A DNA stretch of 64,000 nucleotides. Source: Macrostomum lignano. Taxonomy: Eukaryota. Position numbers and translations under genes: made by a program. Below the pieces are notes generated by a model. That model was not told the origin of the DNA and ran no database searches. It was given only the letters and a program-made list of their open reading frames with translations. Shown piece by piece: positions 11,639 through 24,040 of the stretch; position 1 is the first letter of the stretch, and the number at the start of each line of letters is the position of its first letter. Location of the stretch: positions 248,001 through 312,000 of the forward strand of contig NIVC01000080.1 in the NCBI GenBank assembly GCA_002269645.1, read 5' to 3'.

Positions 11639-14600
11639 ATGTCGGCAAATGAGACAGTTGAAAATGGCACGCATTGTCCGCCGAAGATTCATTTTACTGA
11701 TTCGGAGCGCCAGTTTATACTGGTGACTGACGTTGGCTTGTCATCTGTGATCTTCACCATGGGCCTGGTGCTCAATGCTCTGTCCATTCTGGTACTGCAG
11801 AGAGATGTCCGAAGGTCCTCAATGAGCGTACTGCTGATGGCTCTGTCTGTCTGTGAGTTCCACCATCGCTGCTGCATTCAACGTTTTTACATTCTTTAAT
11901 AGGTCAACCTCCCTCTGATCCTTTGGTGGGTCACCACTACCCTCCCTCTGTTCATTTGGTGGGTCACCACTACCCTCCCTCTGTTCATTTGGTGGGTCAC
12001 CACTACCCTTCCTCTGTTCATTTGGTGGGTCACCGCTATTATCCCTCAGTGGGTCACCGCTATTATCCCTCAGTGGGTCACCGCTATTATCCCTCAGTGG
12101 GTCACCGCTACCCTCCCTCTGATCCTTTGGTGGGTCACCGCTACCCTCCCTCTGATCCTTTGGTGGGTCACCGCTACCCTCCCTCCGATCCTTTGGTGGG
12201 TCACCGCTATTATCCCTCAGTGGGTCACCGCTACCCTCCCTCTGATCCTTTGGTGGGTCACCGCTACCCTCCCTCTGATCCTTTGGTGGGTCACCGCTAC
12301 CCTCCCTGTGATCCTTTGGTGGGTCACCACTACCCTCCCTCTGATCCTTTGGTGGGTCACCGCTACTTTCCCTCTGATCCTTTGGTGGGTCACCGCTATT
12401 ATCCCTCAGTGGGTCACCGCTACCCTCCCTCTGATCCTTTGGTGGGTCACCGCTATTATCCCTCAGTGGGTCACCGCTGCCCTTCCTCTGATCCTTTGGT
12501 GGGTCACCGGTACCCTCCCTCTGATCCTTTGGTGGGTCACCGCTATTATCCCTCAGTGGGTCACCGCTACCCTCCCTCTGATTCTTTGGTGGGTCACTGC
12601 TACCCTCCCTCTGATCCTTTGGTGGGTCACCGCTATTATCCCTCAGTGGGTCACCGCTATTATCCCTCAGTGGGTCACCGCTACCCTCCCTCTGATCCTT
12701 TGGTGGGTCACCGCTACCCTCCCTCTGATCCTTTGGTGGGTCACCGCTACCCTCCCTCTGATCCTTTGGTGGGTCACCGCTATTATCCCTCAGTGGGTCA
12801 CCGCTACCCTCCCTCTGATCCTTTGGTGGGTCACCGCTACCCTCCCTCTGATCCTTTGGTGGGTCACCGCTACCCTCCCTGTGATCCTTTGGTGGGTCAC
12901 CACTACCCTCCCTCTGATCCTTTGGTGGGTCACCGCTACTTTCCCTCTGATCCTTTGGTGGGTCACCGCTATTATCCCTCAGTGGGTCACCGCTGCCCTT
13001 CCTCTGATCCTTTGGTGGGTCACCGGTACCCTCCCTCTGATCCTTTGGTGGGTCACCGCTATTATCCCTCAGTGGGTCACCGCTACCCTCCCTCTGATTC
13101 TTTGGTGGGTCACTGCTACCCTCCCTCTGATCCTTTGGTGGGTCACCGCTATTATCCCTCAGTGGGTCACCGCTACCCTCCATCTGATCCTTTGATGGGT
13201 CACCGCTATTATCCCTCCCTCTGATCCTTTGGTGGGTCACTGCTATTATCCCTCAGTGGGTCACCGCTACCCTCCCTCTGATCCTTTGGTGGGTCACCGC
13301 TATTACCCTCAGTGGGTCACCGCTATTACCCCTCAGTGGGTCACCGCTACCCCCCCTCTGATCCTTTGGTGGGTCACCGCTACCCTCCCTCTGATCCTTT
13401 GGTGGGTCACCGCTATTATCCCTCAGTGGGTCACCGCTACCCTCCCTCTGATCCTTTTGTGGGTCACCGCTACCCTCCCTCTGATCCTTTGGTGGGTCAC
13501 CGCCACCCTTCATCTGATCCTTTGGTGGGTCACCGCTATTATCCCTCAGTGGGTCACCGCTACCCTCCCTCTGATCCTTTGGTGGGTCACCGCTATTATC
13601 CCTCAGTGGGTCACCGCTACCCTCCCTCTGATCCTTTGGTGGGTCACCGCCACCCTTCATCTGATCCTTTGGTGGGTCACCGCTGCCCTCCCTCTGATCA
13701 TTTGGTGGGTTACCGCTACCCTCCCTCTGATCATTTGGTGGGTCACCGCTATTATCCCTCAGTGGGTCACCGCTACCCTCCCTCTGATCCTTTGGTGGGT
13801 CACCGCTACCCTCCCTCTGATCCTTTGGTGGGTCACCGCCACCCTCCATCTGATTCTTTGGTGGGTCACCGCTATTATCCCTCAGTGGGTCACCGCTACC
13901 CTCCCTCTGATCCTTTGGTGGGTCACCGCTATTATCCCTCAGTGGGTCACCGCTACCCTCCCTCTGATCCTTTGGTGGGTCACCGCTATTATCCCTCAGT
14001 GGGTCACCGCTACCCTCCCTCTGATCCTTTGGTGGGTCACCGCCACCCTTCATCTGATCCTTTGGTGGGTCACCGCTACCCTCCCTCTGATCCTTTGGTG
14101 GGTCACCGCTACCCTCCCTCTGATCCTTTGGTGGGTCACCGCTATTATTCCTCAGTGGGTCACCGCTATTCCCCTCTTTGTCTTGGATACACTGTATTTA
14201 TTATGTATTTATTATTCCCTATCAAAGGAAGTATAAATTTTCCATAAGTTTGGTTATTAACCAATGTACTACTGAGAGCGGCATTCTGAAGTACCCAAAG
14301 CTCACTGGAAATCATTGAATTGGGTGTCTGTTTGCAAAAGTTTCGGTTTTCCACCGATAAGTGCAGAGTATACTGATAGGATTATAGTTTAAAATACTCT
14401 CGCATAGCCAATCAATCACTCTTCCATCAATGAGAAAGCCTGAGTTTTACTTATTCCTCACTACTCTCTAAGCTGGAGCCCTAACCCAGCTTAAGCAGAT
14501 ACTTCACACTCTCTTGATAGCTCAAGTCATTTTTTCTTCCTTCTACTTCCTTCTTCCGACTCTTCATCTATCCCTTCTCCGTAATTGTGGTTGAGCTGCC

Positions 14601-17600
14601 GGCTTATATGAGCCCCTACACTTTCTCGCCGATGTCCTCCTCAATGTCACACTTCATTTCCTCTGCCCTCTGCTCCTCCCGCTCTCTTCACTCCGAGAAG
14701 CAGAAGTTACTGAGAGCTAAAGCATGTGCGAGAAAGGAAATTAGACGGAGCTGAAGCTCCCTGAGAAAGCATGACAAGTTTATTGCGTGCAAATAGATAA
14801 GGCAGAGGCCCCAATTGATATTTGTTCCCACTAGCGGTGAAAAGAGCCAATTCGCATGACAAAAATGGAACTTCGGTGGAGTCGGAAATTAAATTTTCCC
14901 ATAAGCCAGATGATACAGGTGATGCTTAGCTTGGAAGCGTGTCTGTCATCCCTACCTGCACTAAAGCATTGCTGCTTGTGGCTACATAGCTACGAGTTCG
15001 TAAATTGTGTTGTAAGATAGCAGCTATACTACGATAAGTTATTATATATAGAATACCAATATCGGTGAGGGCTGAAGCGTGTGGGGGGCGTATAGCATCC
15101 TTCTAACACGGGTATTATGGTTTTTTACCATAGACATTTGTGTCGAATTCAGCATTCAGTGTAGGACTGGAAGAATGTGGGTGCGACCATAGACTATTTT
15201 TAGACCAAACTATAATTAAATAAGGTATAAAGTATACACCTTTCTGGCCTCAAAATTCTGTTTCAAAAGTAACGAGAATTCTATCAATTTTTGAATGGGA
15301 GAACATACAGATTTTAATTTTTTGATTTTTTTTGTAGTTAGTTAAAGTTAAATTTGCACGCTGTTGACTTAAAGAAGTTGGAAAGGAATAGGACTTGAAG
15401 AAATTTGATTTTTTTATACAACGGAAACATATTTAGCTGCAGTTCACATTTTCAAAAAGGTAATTTTTAATCTCGGGGTCTGTAAGAAATCAATTAAAGT
15501 CACAATGACATGCCTATGCACATCGATCATTTTCATTACCTCTTCGCCCTCCCCTTTTTGTCTAAGGCGTCACTTGAATTTTCATTCAAGGATCAGCTCG
15601 CTTTGAGTCTTTTATTGTCTGTCATAAGCTTTGCAGCGCAATTTAAACAACTTAAATTGCCATTAATTACCATCCGATTGTCATTAATTAATTTGCAGTC
15701 TTTACAAGCCAGCAGGCCGCTCAATGCGATTCACTCAATAATTTAATAAAGCGACAGACTTTATCGGCTGCACATGCGCGCCTCCACCCCATTTATTATT
15801 CCAATTGTAAAGCCTCGCGCTGCCTTCGCCTTTCTTACTGGCACTGCTTCGCCCTGTCCTCTGCCTAACTAATCAGATTAATGAGGCCTGCAGGCTGGGG
15901 CAGCCCTGCCTGGGCAATACAAGCAAAACTGACCCCAAGGACAGGCACACAGGGGCGCCTATAATTATCCACTGTTGGCCTCATGAAATATTGGCCATTT
16001 CTACTGCAACTGAGGCTGTAGACGGCACGCGTGGCCAGGCAAAGGTTGGGTTTGCTTAGATTCCTAGAACTAATATTTAGCTTGCAGTTTTCAGTCTTTT
16101 GCAGCGATAGAACTGCCCACGCACCTGCTCTACGAGTCTTCGGGTTGCACAGCTCGAATTTTATTGCCACCCTCTAATAGCTACCATTTGCATGGAAGGC
16201 TTAGCACCTGCCCTGAGCTTCCGGGACTGAAAGACTTCGAATGAAGAAGATTATCTGAAAATCCGTCAACAGTTGCCGTATGGCGGAAAGACGCGAGAGA
16301 CGAGCGGAAATAAAAAAAGATGACTTAAAAAGGGATGACGTGATTTTCAAAACCATAATAGTCTAAAACTGATTGTGAAAAGCGAAGCTATATTGTCGAA
16401 ATAGTGAATTTGGGATTCGATCTCAGAAGAGTAAGGCTGCTAGAGTTTGGCCACTCCTCACTGCATTGAGTTAGGACAGAGACCGAAGTGAGTTGGTGAG
16501 TGATGAGTGATGAGTGATGAGTGAGTGAGTGAGTGAGTGAGTGAGTGAGTGAGTGAGTGAGTGAGTGAGTGAGTGATGGGTGAGTGATGAGTGAGTGAGT
16601 GAGTGAGTGAGTGAGTGAGCGAGTGATGAGTGAGTGAGTGAGTCATAAGCTGTATGGGATTATTGTATTTTAGGCATCTTCATTTCTAAACCAGCCTCAC
16701 CGTTCAAATCCTCAGCCTTCCCCAATGTGTTCTGTTTCTGGACCTGGCGGGCAGCGGTCCACATGTTGCTCCTAAGGCTGACTGATTTCTCTCGCATCTC
16801 TCTTTCCCTGGTCCACTGCTGGGAACTGTTTGTCAACCTAACACTGGGCAAACTTTAACAACACAGTGGCGGCCCCAACAGTGCAGAGAGAGGCCGCACA
16901 GGCCTGGGAGACCCAGTGCAGCGTCTCTGCTCTCAGACCGGCTATTCACTGGGAGGAAAATCGATATTTTCTTGGCACACGAAGCTTCCTTGCCATTTTC
17001 CGGCAGCTTTGATTGAGCCGAAGGGTGCCCAACTGCTGTGTAGAATATATCATGCTGCTGCATGTAAGTATTTACAACCCCGCGAGTTCGGACTGAAATT
17101 TCTCTTTAATGACATTGCCAAAATCCGTTCAAATGACAGTGTGATAGAGTGACTCACAATTGACAAGATACGAAATATTATGGTGCTGCATTTTGCCTCG
17201 ACTAATTAATGTAGAAACACGGCTCGTCGTAGTTACTTCAAGTTTTACAACGCGAATGCTCCATAATGCTTCAAACACTGTTGCTTTGTTGCTGTCAATC
17301 ACCCCTTATCCCGAGTTTAATGACGTCAGCCTTGTGCTCCTGGTCATTTCTCTGATTTTGCCTCACGGCCCATGGTTCGATTCCTTGCCCCGCCACATAA
17401 CTACCACAAAGCTTGCAGGGTCTATTGAACGAGCCCGAAAAGTACATGTATGCTGCAAAAATTTCTGCAGTGGTTGCAGTACAAAGTTGCACAAAAGTGC
17501 ACAGAAGGTGAGCAAAATATAGGTCAGCCAAGCTGTCTTGAATGGAGCTGCGATGGCAAACATGGTGGGTCAGGTGGGTCAGCCACTCGCCGCAAGTTAA

Positions 17601-18959
17601 GGAGGGCTGGCAACGGTTAGTAAATGCAGCTGAACATAATCTGATAGACCAGCTAGCAGTTCTGGGCCTTGGGCTACCTTGCACTGGGTTCAAATACGGC
17701 TTTTATGCAGATTCTGAGTTCTATTCTATTCATGGCGAGATCACGGTGCTTCTTCGAGAAATCGTTTACTTACTTTGCTAGTGTTTCTCATAATGCTCTT
17801 TGCTGCTCATCCCGCAGTCGATCTAATCTTCATCCTGATCTCGGCGCCCTACTATGTTGTCTACATGGGCCTGGGCGCAGTTGTCAAGCTTTCGGACGGC
17901 GTCACCTTGCAGACGAGACTGCACGCGACCACCGGAGCGCAGCCGCTGCTGCCGCTGCTGTGGTACTTTGGCAGCGTGGCTCGGACTGGCCGCAACTGGG
18001 TCATCCTGCTGGTGGCCCTGGACCGCTACATGGTGGTGCAGAATCCGTTCTACTCGACGCAGCGCAGCAACCCGCAGCGGTCGCGCATCTACTGCGTCGC
18101 TGTGACCTGCACGGCACTGGTCTACAATATTCCCCTGCTGTTTGAGTACAAATCCGAGCTGCATCAGTGCCTGCAGCTCCAAATCCTTCAGCCGAACCCC
18201 AAGCGCCTGGGCTTCGTGTACATGCTGCTCTACAAGAAGATAATGTACATTTTGTTCCTCACCGTTGGTCCAATGCTAGTACTCACAGCGTTCAACATAC
18301 TACTGATTCGCAGCCTACTCATCGCGTCGAGAATTCGAGCGGCGATTACTCGGGAGACAACGAGACGCACCGAGGAAACAAAAATGCTGGTGGTCATCAT
18401 AGCCGTGTTTGTGACCACGGAAATCCCCGGTGCTGTATGGCACATCCTCCTGGATACCAGCTTCGACGATCAGACGTGGTTCAATTCGTACCTTTATTCC
18501 ATCGGCTCCCTGCTCACTCTGTTCAACTCTGCCATCAATTTCTTCATCTACTGCGTGTGGAGCAGAAACTTTCGCCGCAACATGATGTACGCCATCCGGA
18601 GACGGAAGAAGCCACCCGCCAGGGTGATCCGCTTTGACTCGTCCGACTCGGACCGAACCAAACACCTCATGCTGCAGCGGGCAGCTGCGGCGGCCGTGGC
18701 GATTCCTCATCATCCTCACCAGCACCATCTGCAGCAGCTGCAGAAGCAACAGCAGCAGAGACACCTGCAGCAGCAGCAGCGAAAGCAAAACAAGCAGGCC
18801 CCAATCCAGCTGGAGCTGATGAATCGAGAAGTGTGCGGTGTCATTAAAGCAGCTTCTGGAGGAGGCAGCGGAGAGCACGGCCACGCTCTCAATCAGAGCC
18901 CACCTGGCTGCGCTGAGCAGCACAGAGGTCCACTGAACAAGCATCTGAGATTCGTTTGA
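11639..18959 (+). CDS. Class A (rhodopsin-like) GPCR, FMRFamide/peptide-receptor-like, about 451 aa; exons 11639-11852 and 17818-18959
   Basis: Exon 1 has an N-terminus with NET and NGT sequons and TM1 (MGLVLNALSILVL). A phase-1 intron (GTGAGT donor at 11853, CCCGCAG acceptor at 17817) rebuilds TM2 as MALSVFDLIFILISAPYY. Exon 2 has ALDRY (TM3), YNIPLLFEY (TM4), GPMLVL (TM5), VFVTTEIP (TM6), NSAINFFIY (TM7) and a Gln/His-rich tail. The ligand cannot be assigned from sequence. Confidence 0.92.
11908..14174. repeat. Mixed 33-bp/24-bp minisatellite in the GPCR intron
   Basis: Units GTGGGTCACCGCTACCCTCCCTCTGATCCTTTG (33) and GTGGGTCACCGCTATTATCCCTCA (24). Both are multiples of 3, which explains the long spurious ORFs in several frames. 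Confidence 0.97.
16489..16646. repeat. (GAGT)n microsatellite with GAT interruptions, in the GPCR intron
   Basis: Read directly from the sequence. Confidence 0.95.
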
Positions 18960-20557
18960 ATTTAAACAAAATTGTTTAGCCGGATGGCTTATTTTAACAA
19001 GCGTCTACGTAGTAAAAAGCAACGGTTTATATACATAATTTGCATAATTTCCGTGGATTTCCCCTCGAAAATTGTTTTGAGCTGCATCCGAACTGGGGCG
19101 TATTTCAAAGCCCATCTTCATTCACTAGCGAGATTAAGTTCTTGATTTTTCAGAACTTTATTCGTATAGCTGTACATTTTCTCGTCTTCTTAACTAATTC
19201 CAATTTGTATCTAAAGTAAGCCATGCGTTCTAATTTTGGTAGAATATGAAACTGCGTGAAAATGCGTCTGATGAAACGCATGCACACCATCGTGAGTGCA
19301 TGAAGTCCAGACCATATCAGAATCGACTTATTTGATGTAATCGATATACACGCAAACACAGGCGTTTATACAAATTTTCCATATTTTACGTAGCTTTTTG
19401 CGGGAAAAAATTGCAAAAGGATCTTGCCGCTAGCGAAACTGTGTCTCACCTACAGTACCAGCTGGCATGCACTGGTTTATTAATTCGGATTCTTTTTTGT
19501 CTTTTTATTTTTGTAAAACACGAAATTATATGGGTACAGTTTGTAGCATTCACGCCTCGCAGTAGATGTATTTTATAGCTATGTTCAGTCATATCGCTCG
19601 TGCGTGTATACATAGGCTTTTTAAACGTTGCGTTGCACTAAAATACATGTAAAAGTGTCCAGATATGCAGACTGAATATTGTCAAGCCTCTTGCCGCACC
19701 TAAATAATTCATGGTTTCAGGCCATTACTTTGGTTTTTTCTCTTTCTATGAGTCCTGTATGCAGTAAAGGGATATTCATGTACACACAGTAAAATAATGT
19801 CCCACGACAAATCGCACAAATAAAGTACACATAGTTTTTTCTTTTAAGAATTGATTCGTTCAATTGAAAAATTCCTGTTAGGTAAACTAATAATTGCCAC
19901 TTCAATCGAGCTTTTCCTTGTGCTCTCCATCCAAGCAATCCATCATCTTCGCGCACTTTAGCTACTTTCAAATCAACTCGGTCAATGCATCGATTAGACA
20001 ATTCACTGAAGTCAAATTCAACGCCGCTAACATGTCATTTTGTTGCTCTTCTCAGACTGACAGTTGCGGAATTACCCTAGCCTCTAATTTGAGCTAATTT
20101 ATAGCTTTAATTTACCCACTGACCGCCTAACGAGATTGCAAATAAAGCTATCAATCTGGAGACTATAATGAAAGTGTAGGATGAAATTTCCTTTACTTTT
20201 TTAAGTTGGTCGCATGCTCATCGTAAATAAATACATGCACGAACTGTTCCACTTCAAGTCGTAGCTAGCCCAGTAACATCAAGTCTTCAAAATTTCTAGC
20301 TGTTCAAAACAACCTCAAACTTTATCAAGTCTCTAATGCTAGGAAGCACAAAAATAACGAAGACTGCACCTGTTATAACAAAGACAGCATATTTCAAAAA
20401 ATTTTTTTATTCCAAGAAACACTGAAGACACCGCGGCTTTGGCGTCACCGACTTTATTTTGCTACCCCATTCGCAAGCGCAGGTAGGCAAAGACTCTGCT
20501 AATATTCAATCAGTCAGTCCTCATGTCCTCATAACAGCAAACTGCTGATAAGTCTAC

Positions 20558-21975
20558 TCAGACAGACTTGAGCACCGGCGGCTCGTAACCGTCAGGCCGG
20601 TCGACTTTCTCGCCAGCGGCAGCCGCGGCGCTGGGCCCGGAGCCAAGAGTCTCGCCGTGCAGCTCCATGATTTTGCCTAGCTCGGCCTTCGGCTTGCGAA
20701 GCACCTTCACTTTGCGAACGTGCACGTCGTGCAGCGGGAAGATGCCACTGGCGGCCTTCTCGATGTCCCGGCCGATGCTGTCCGGGATCAGCTTGTTGAC
20801 TACGTCCTTCAGCTCGATGGAGCACTCCTTGTTGATTATGTCCAGCATCTTGCGGCGGATGCGGCGAATCTGGAATTACAGCGTTACCAAGCTACGATGT
20901 GAGCACTGTCAGCCTAGCTGAAATCTGTACCAACTCAAATAATCACATAAATTATTGGTAGAGCTTGAGCCTGAGCGAATGAAGATGACCATATTTTTGA
21001 AACAAACATATTTGCAACATTCACAACGCACTACTCAGCACTACTCAAAATCAAATTTCATAACCAAAAGGAAAGTCCTACTTCAAACACTAAGAGCATA
21101 CCTGGGTAGACTGGGCATAGGCGTGCTTCTTGATCTGGTTCATTCGCTTCTTAGTGAAGGCGATGACAAAGACGCGCAGCACATAGCCGTCGGACGTCTT
21201 CACGTCAACGTTGGCCTCGATGGTGGACTGCCACTTCTTTACCAGAGAGCAGAGCTTGTCCCTGGTCAGGTTCATGCCGTAGAAGTTGGTCAGGCAGTGC
21301 TTGCCCTGGATCACTTCGACCTGTGAAATTAATGGAATAAATAAAATAATAATTATATACTCTCAGGAGGGCTGCGGTCAACCCTCATACAAAACTCATA
21401 CACAGGCTCACACAGGGTGTACAGCGACCCTGACTTTCTAATCTTCAGGCATGTACACTCTCTGTGACAAATTAATGTGGCCGCTCACTGAGTCAAACCA
21501 TGAGTGGTGTGGCGCAACAGTCAGACACCTCTACTGCAGACTCAGAGGTCCAGTTTCAATAAGCCTAGAATACAAACCTGCAGTTTGAATTTCCTATAGG
21601 CCGAGTCGCTGTCGTTGGTCTTGAGGTCGCCCAGAGACATTTCAAGGACGCGGCCTTTCAGCGAGTCGCTAGCCAGTCGGGTGCCAGCACTGCGGGTCAC
21701 CAGCGTTTTGCCGCAGGTTCGCTTCTCGAACATGAACGGGGCCTTGATGTCGTACCATTCCTTCTTGAGGAAAGGATCCACCCTGCATAGGGAACGGTGG
21801 TTTGATATTGACAGTGTCCAAAGCTCATTAATAGCTAAATATTTATATAAGTACATCTATAACTTTTGTTCGAATAAAACTACAAAATAAAGGTAGAGAT
21901 TTCTATATTCAAGACTTACGTTGTCTTTTTTCCACCTTTCTTTCCACCTGTCTTCTTTTGCTTTCCATATGCCAT
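20558..21975 (-). CDS. RPS3A: 40S ribosomal protein S3a (eS1), 263 aa; exons 21975-21920, 21782-21578, 21320-21102, 20869-20558
   Basis: Translation shows MAYGKQKK..., [95 protein letters not shown] and DGYEPPV. All three introns are GT-AG and exon lengths 56+205+219+312 = 792 nt are in frame. Confidence 0.98.
21357..21552 (-). mobile_element. Short tRNA-derived SINE-like copy in RPS3A intron 2 (family shared with 62766-63125)
   Basis: On the minus strand it has a B-box-like GGTTTGACTC, then CACATTAATTTGT, GTGTACATGC and CGCTGTACACC in the same order as in the element at 62.8 kb. Confidence 0.55.
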
Positions 21976-22557
21976 GTTGAAATTTCAGCTCTCTGAAACA
22001 GATGTGTTGTTGAACAGTTATTTAAGTAGGTAGATTATGAGATAAATTGAAATTAGAAAAGCTATACAATAAATTAGTTTTAGATATATGGTAATGTAGA
22101 AAATCTAACTTTGAACTCCAATGAAATTAATAGAAAAGAAAATTGTTAAACTTTATTCTTTTAAAAGGTAGCTAGTGTTGTGTTGCAGTAGAAGGCAATA
22201 TTGCCTGTCACAGCACATTGCAGTCAATGGGTGGCAGCACTAGAAACATAGCATATATGCAAGTGCAACACCATAGGAGTTATGTAGTTATCTTTAAAGA
22301 CTTTAAGTATAGAGTTTCAGAATGTTTACATCATTTTCTAGGGGTTTTATATTGGTTGTTATGTCATTTTCTACCATGCTTGTAATTTTTTTGTGTCAAA
22401 TTCTGCTTTTTTCATACTTTTGTCTTATGTGTCATGCATATAAGCTACATTTTTTGCATTGTTATTTTGTGCCAATGGGTTTTTAAAACTTATTCCCATA
22501 GGGAGAGTTAGCATGCCTTAAGCTCCTATATAAAATATTAAAATTAGTAGAAACTAG

Positions 22558-24040
22558 CAATCTACGCCCCCGTTGGGGAGCCAAAGAAATGCAATACACG
22601 TTTTTTTAATAAGCTACATGTATCCTTGAAATCTTAAAAAATCTCCTGTCAAACCTTGTAAGCCTTGACATGTCAGTAATTCCCCCCCATACATGCGCAA
22701 CCTCTAAAATTCGGTCGGCCGTGCGACTTAGTTTTAACAAAATGCGACATAGTTTTTGGCCAAAAATGCGACTTACACGTAAAAAAAACCCTAAAGCAAA
22801 ATTAACGCAACTTTGGGTAAACGGCAGGAGTAACTATGACTGTCTTATTAAGCCGAAATGCCTCGTCAGCTACTTAGTACTACTACTTGGGTGTTTTTTT
22901 GGGTGGGCATTTTTGCGACTTCCTTGGTTGGCCGCCAAATCGGTCAGCCGGATCGGCCGACTCGGCCGACTGTTGCGCATGTATGCCCCCCCACAAGCTT
23001 TAACATATCAACTTCCCCCCTTGACATCTTAGCAATGCCCCCAATAAGCCTTGGAAATCTAAAAATATCTGTCAACCTTCTAACCCTAACCCTAGCCTAA
23101 CCCTAACCCTAACCTAACCCTAAAGCATTGAAATTTCAGTAATTCTCTCTAAGAGTCATTATAGCACTACTACACCATTATAGCGATTCCCTGCAAGCCT
23201 CGACATCGTAGGGATTCCCAAATGAATCTCTTAACTTCAACATGGAGCTTCTTTTATTTTTTACATTACGCTTTTTTTATCAGCGATCCCTCCCCTGAGG
23301 AGGCATCAAATAATGTAATAAAAAGTTTTCAATAAACTACATGTAGCTTCTGACTTTAGCCTTGAAATCTCATTTATACCCCCGTGAGCCTTGACATCTC
23401 AGCTATTCCCCCATAAGCCTTAACATGTCAGCGATGGCCCCCATAAACCTTGAAATCTAAAAAATCCCCTGTTATTCTGTTAATCTTGAAACTCGATAAA
23501 ATATAACCCTCAACCCACACCTGACCTAAACCTAAATTTAACCCAACCTAAAGCCTTGAAATCTTAGCAATTCTTCTCCCTTAAGCCTTGACATTTTAGT
23601 GATTTCTTCTTTAAGAATCACAGCACTATAACGATTTCCACCAAGCTTTGACATCGTAGCAATTCCCAAATGAATCTTTTAACTTCGACATGACTTTTCT
23701 TTTATGTATACATAGTGCTACTTTTATTTTTTACATGACTCTTCTTCTATCAGCGCCCCCTCCCCCCGTGGCGAGCCAACAAAGAATGCAATAAAAAAAT
23801 TGAGTAAAGTACATGAACTTTGAAGTAGCTTCTGACTTTTGCTTTGACATCACAGAAACCCCCCCTCCGTAATCTTAGTTATTCTCTGAGAGCCTTTACG
23901 TCTCAGTTTTTCTCCCCAACACAGCATTATAGCTTCATTTAATTTTTACATGACACCCTTCTTGTTTGACATGACGCTTCTTTTATTCTACCATGATGCT
24001 TCTTAATTTTTTAAATGACACTTTCATTACTTTTTAAATG
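22558..24040. repeat. Degenerate tandem triplication of a repeat containing (CCCTAA)-like tracts and GCCTTGACATCTCAGC subrepeats
   Basis: Similar heads at about 22560, 23281 and 23751. Telomere-like tract at 23080-23123, decayed at about 23510-23550. Related sequence recurs at 49840-50070. Confidence 0.7.
22688..22985. mobile_element. 298-bp MITE with 14-bp TIRs inserted in a C-run
   Basis: CATACATGCGCAAC at 22688 and its exact reverse complement GTTGCGCATGTATG ending at 22985. A run of 6-7 C on each side is consistent with a TSD. Confidence 0.75.

Noticed and set aside
11819-14247. Long Pro/His-rich, Gly/Asp-rich and Trp-rich ORFs
   Set aside because: Products of 33-bp and 24-bp units inside the GPCR intron, open in several frames at once.
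17775-17817. ORF-track start of the GPCR
   Set aside because: It is intronic and would omit TM1. Splicing at 17817/17818 restores the LxxxD motif of TM2.
18315-18944. Antisense and alternate-frame ORFs over real exons (also 503-1006, 1578-1982, 20592-20921, 39023-39553, 53134-53646)
   Set aside because: Shadow frames expected from GC-rich codon usage of the true CDS or transposase. No recognisable motifs.
20870-21577. Intronic box C/D snoRNA (vertebrate RPS3A hosts U73)
   Set aside because: No RUGAUGA/CUGA pair with a terminal stem was found in introns 2 or 3 by eye. An Infernal/Rfam scan would be decisive.
23080-23123. Telomere or chromosome-fusion scar
   Set aside because: Only about 7 imperfect units, embedded in a dispersed repeat that recurs at about 23.5 and 49.85 kb.
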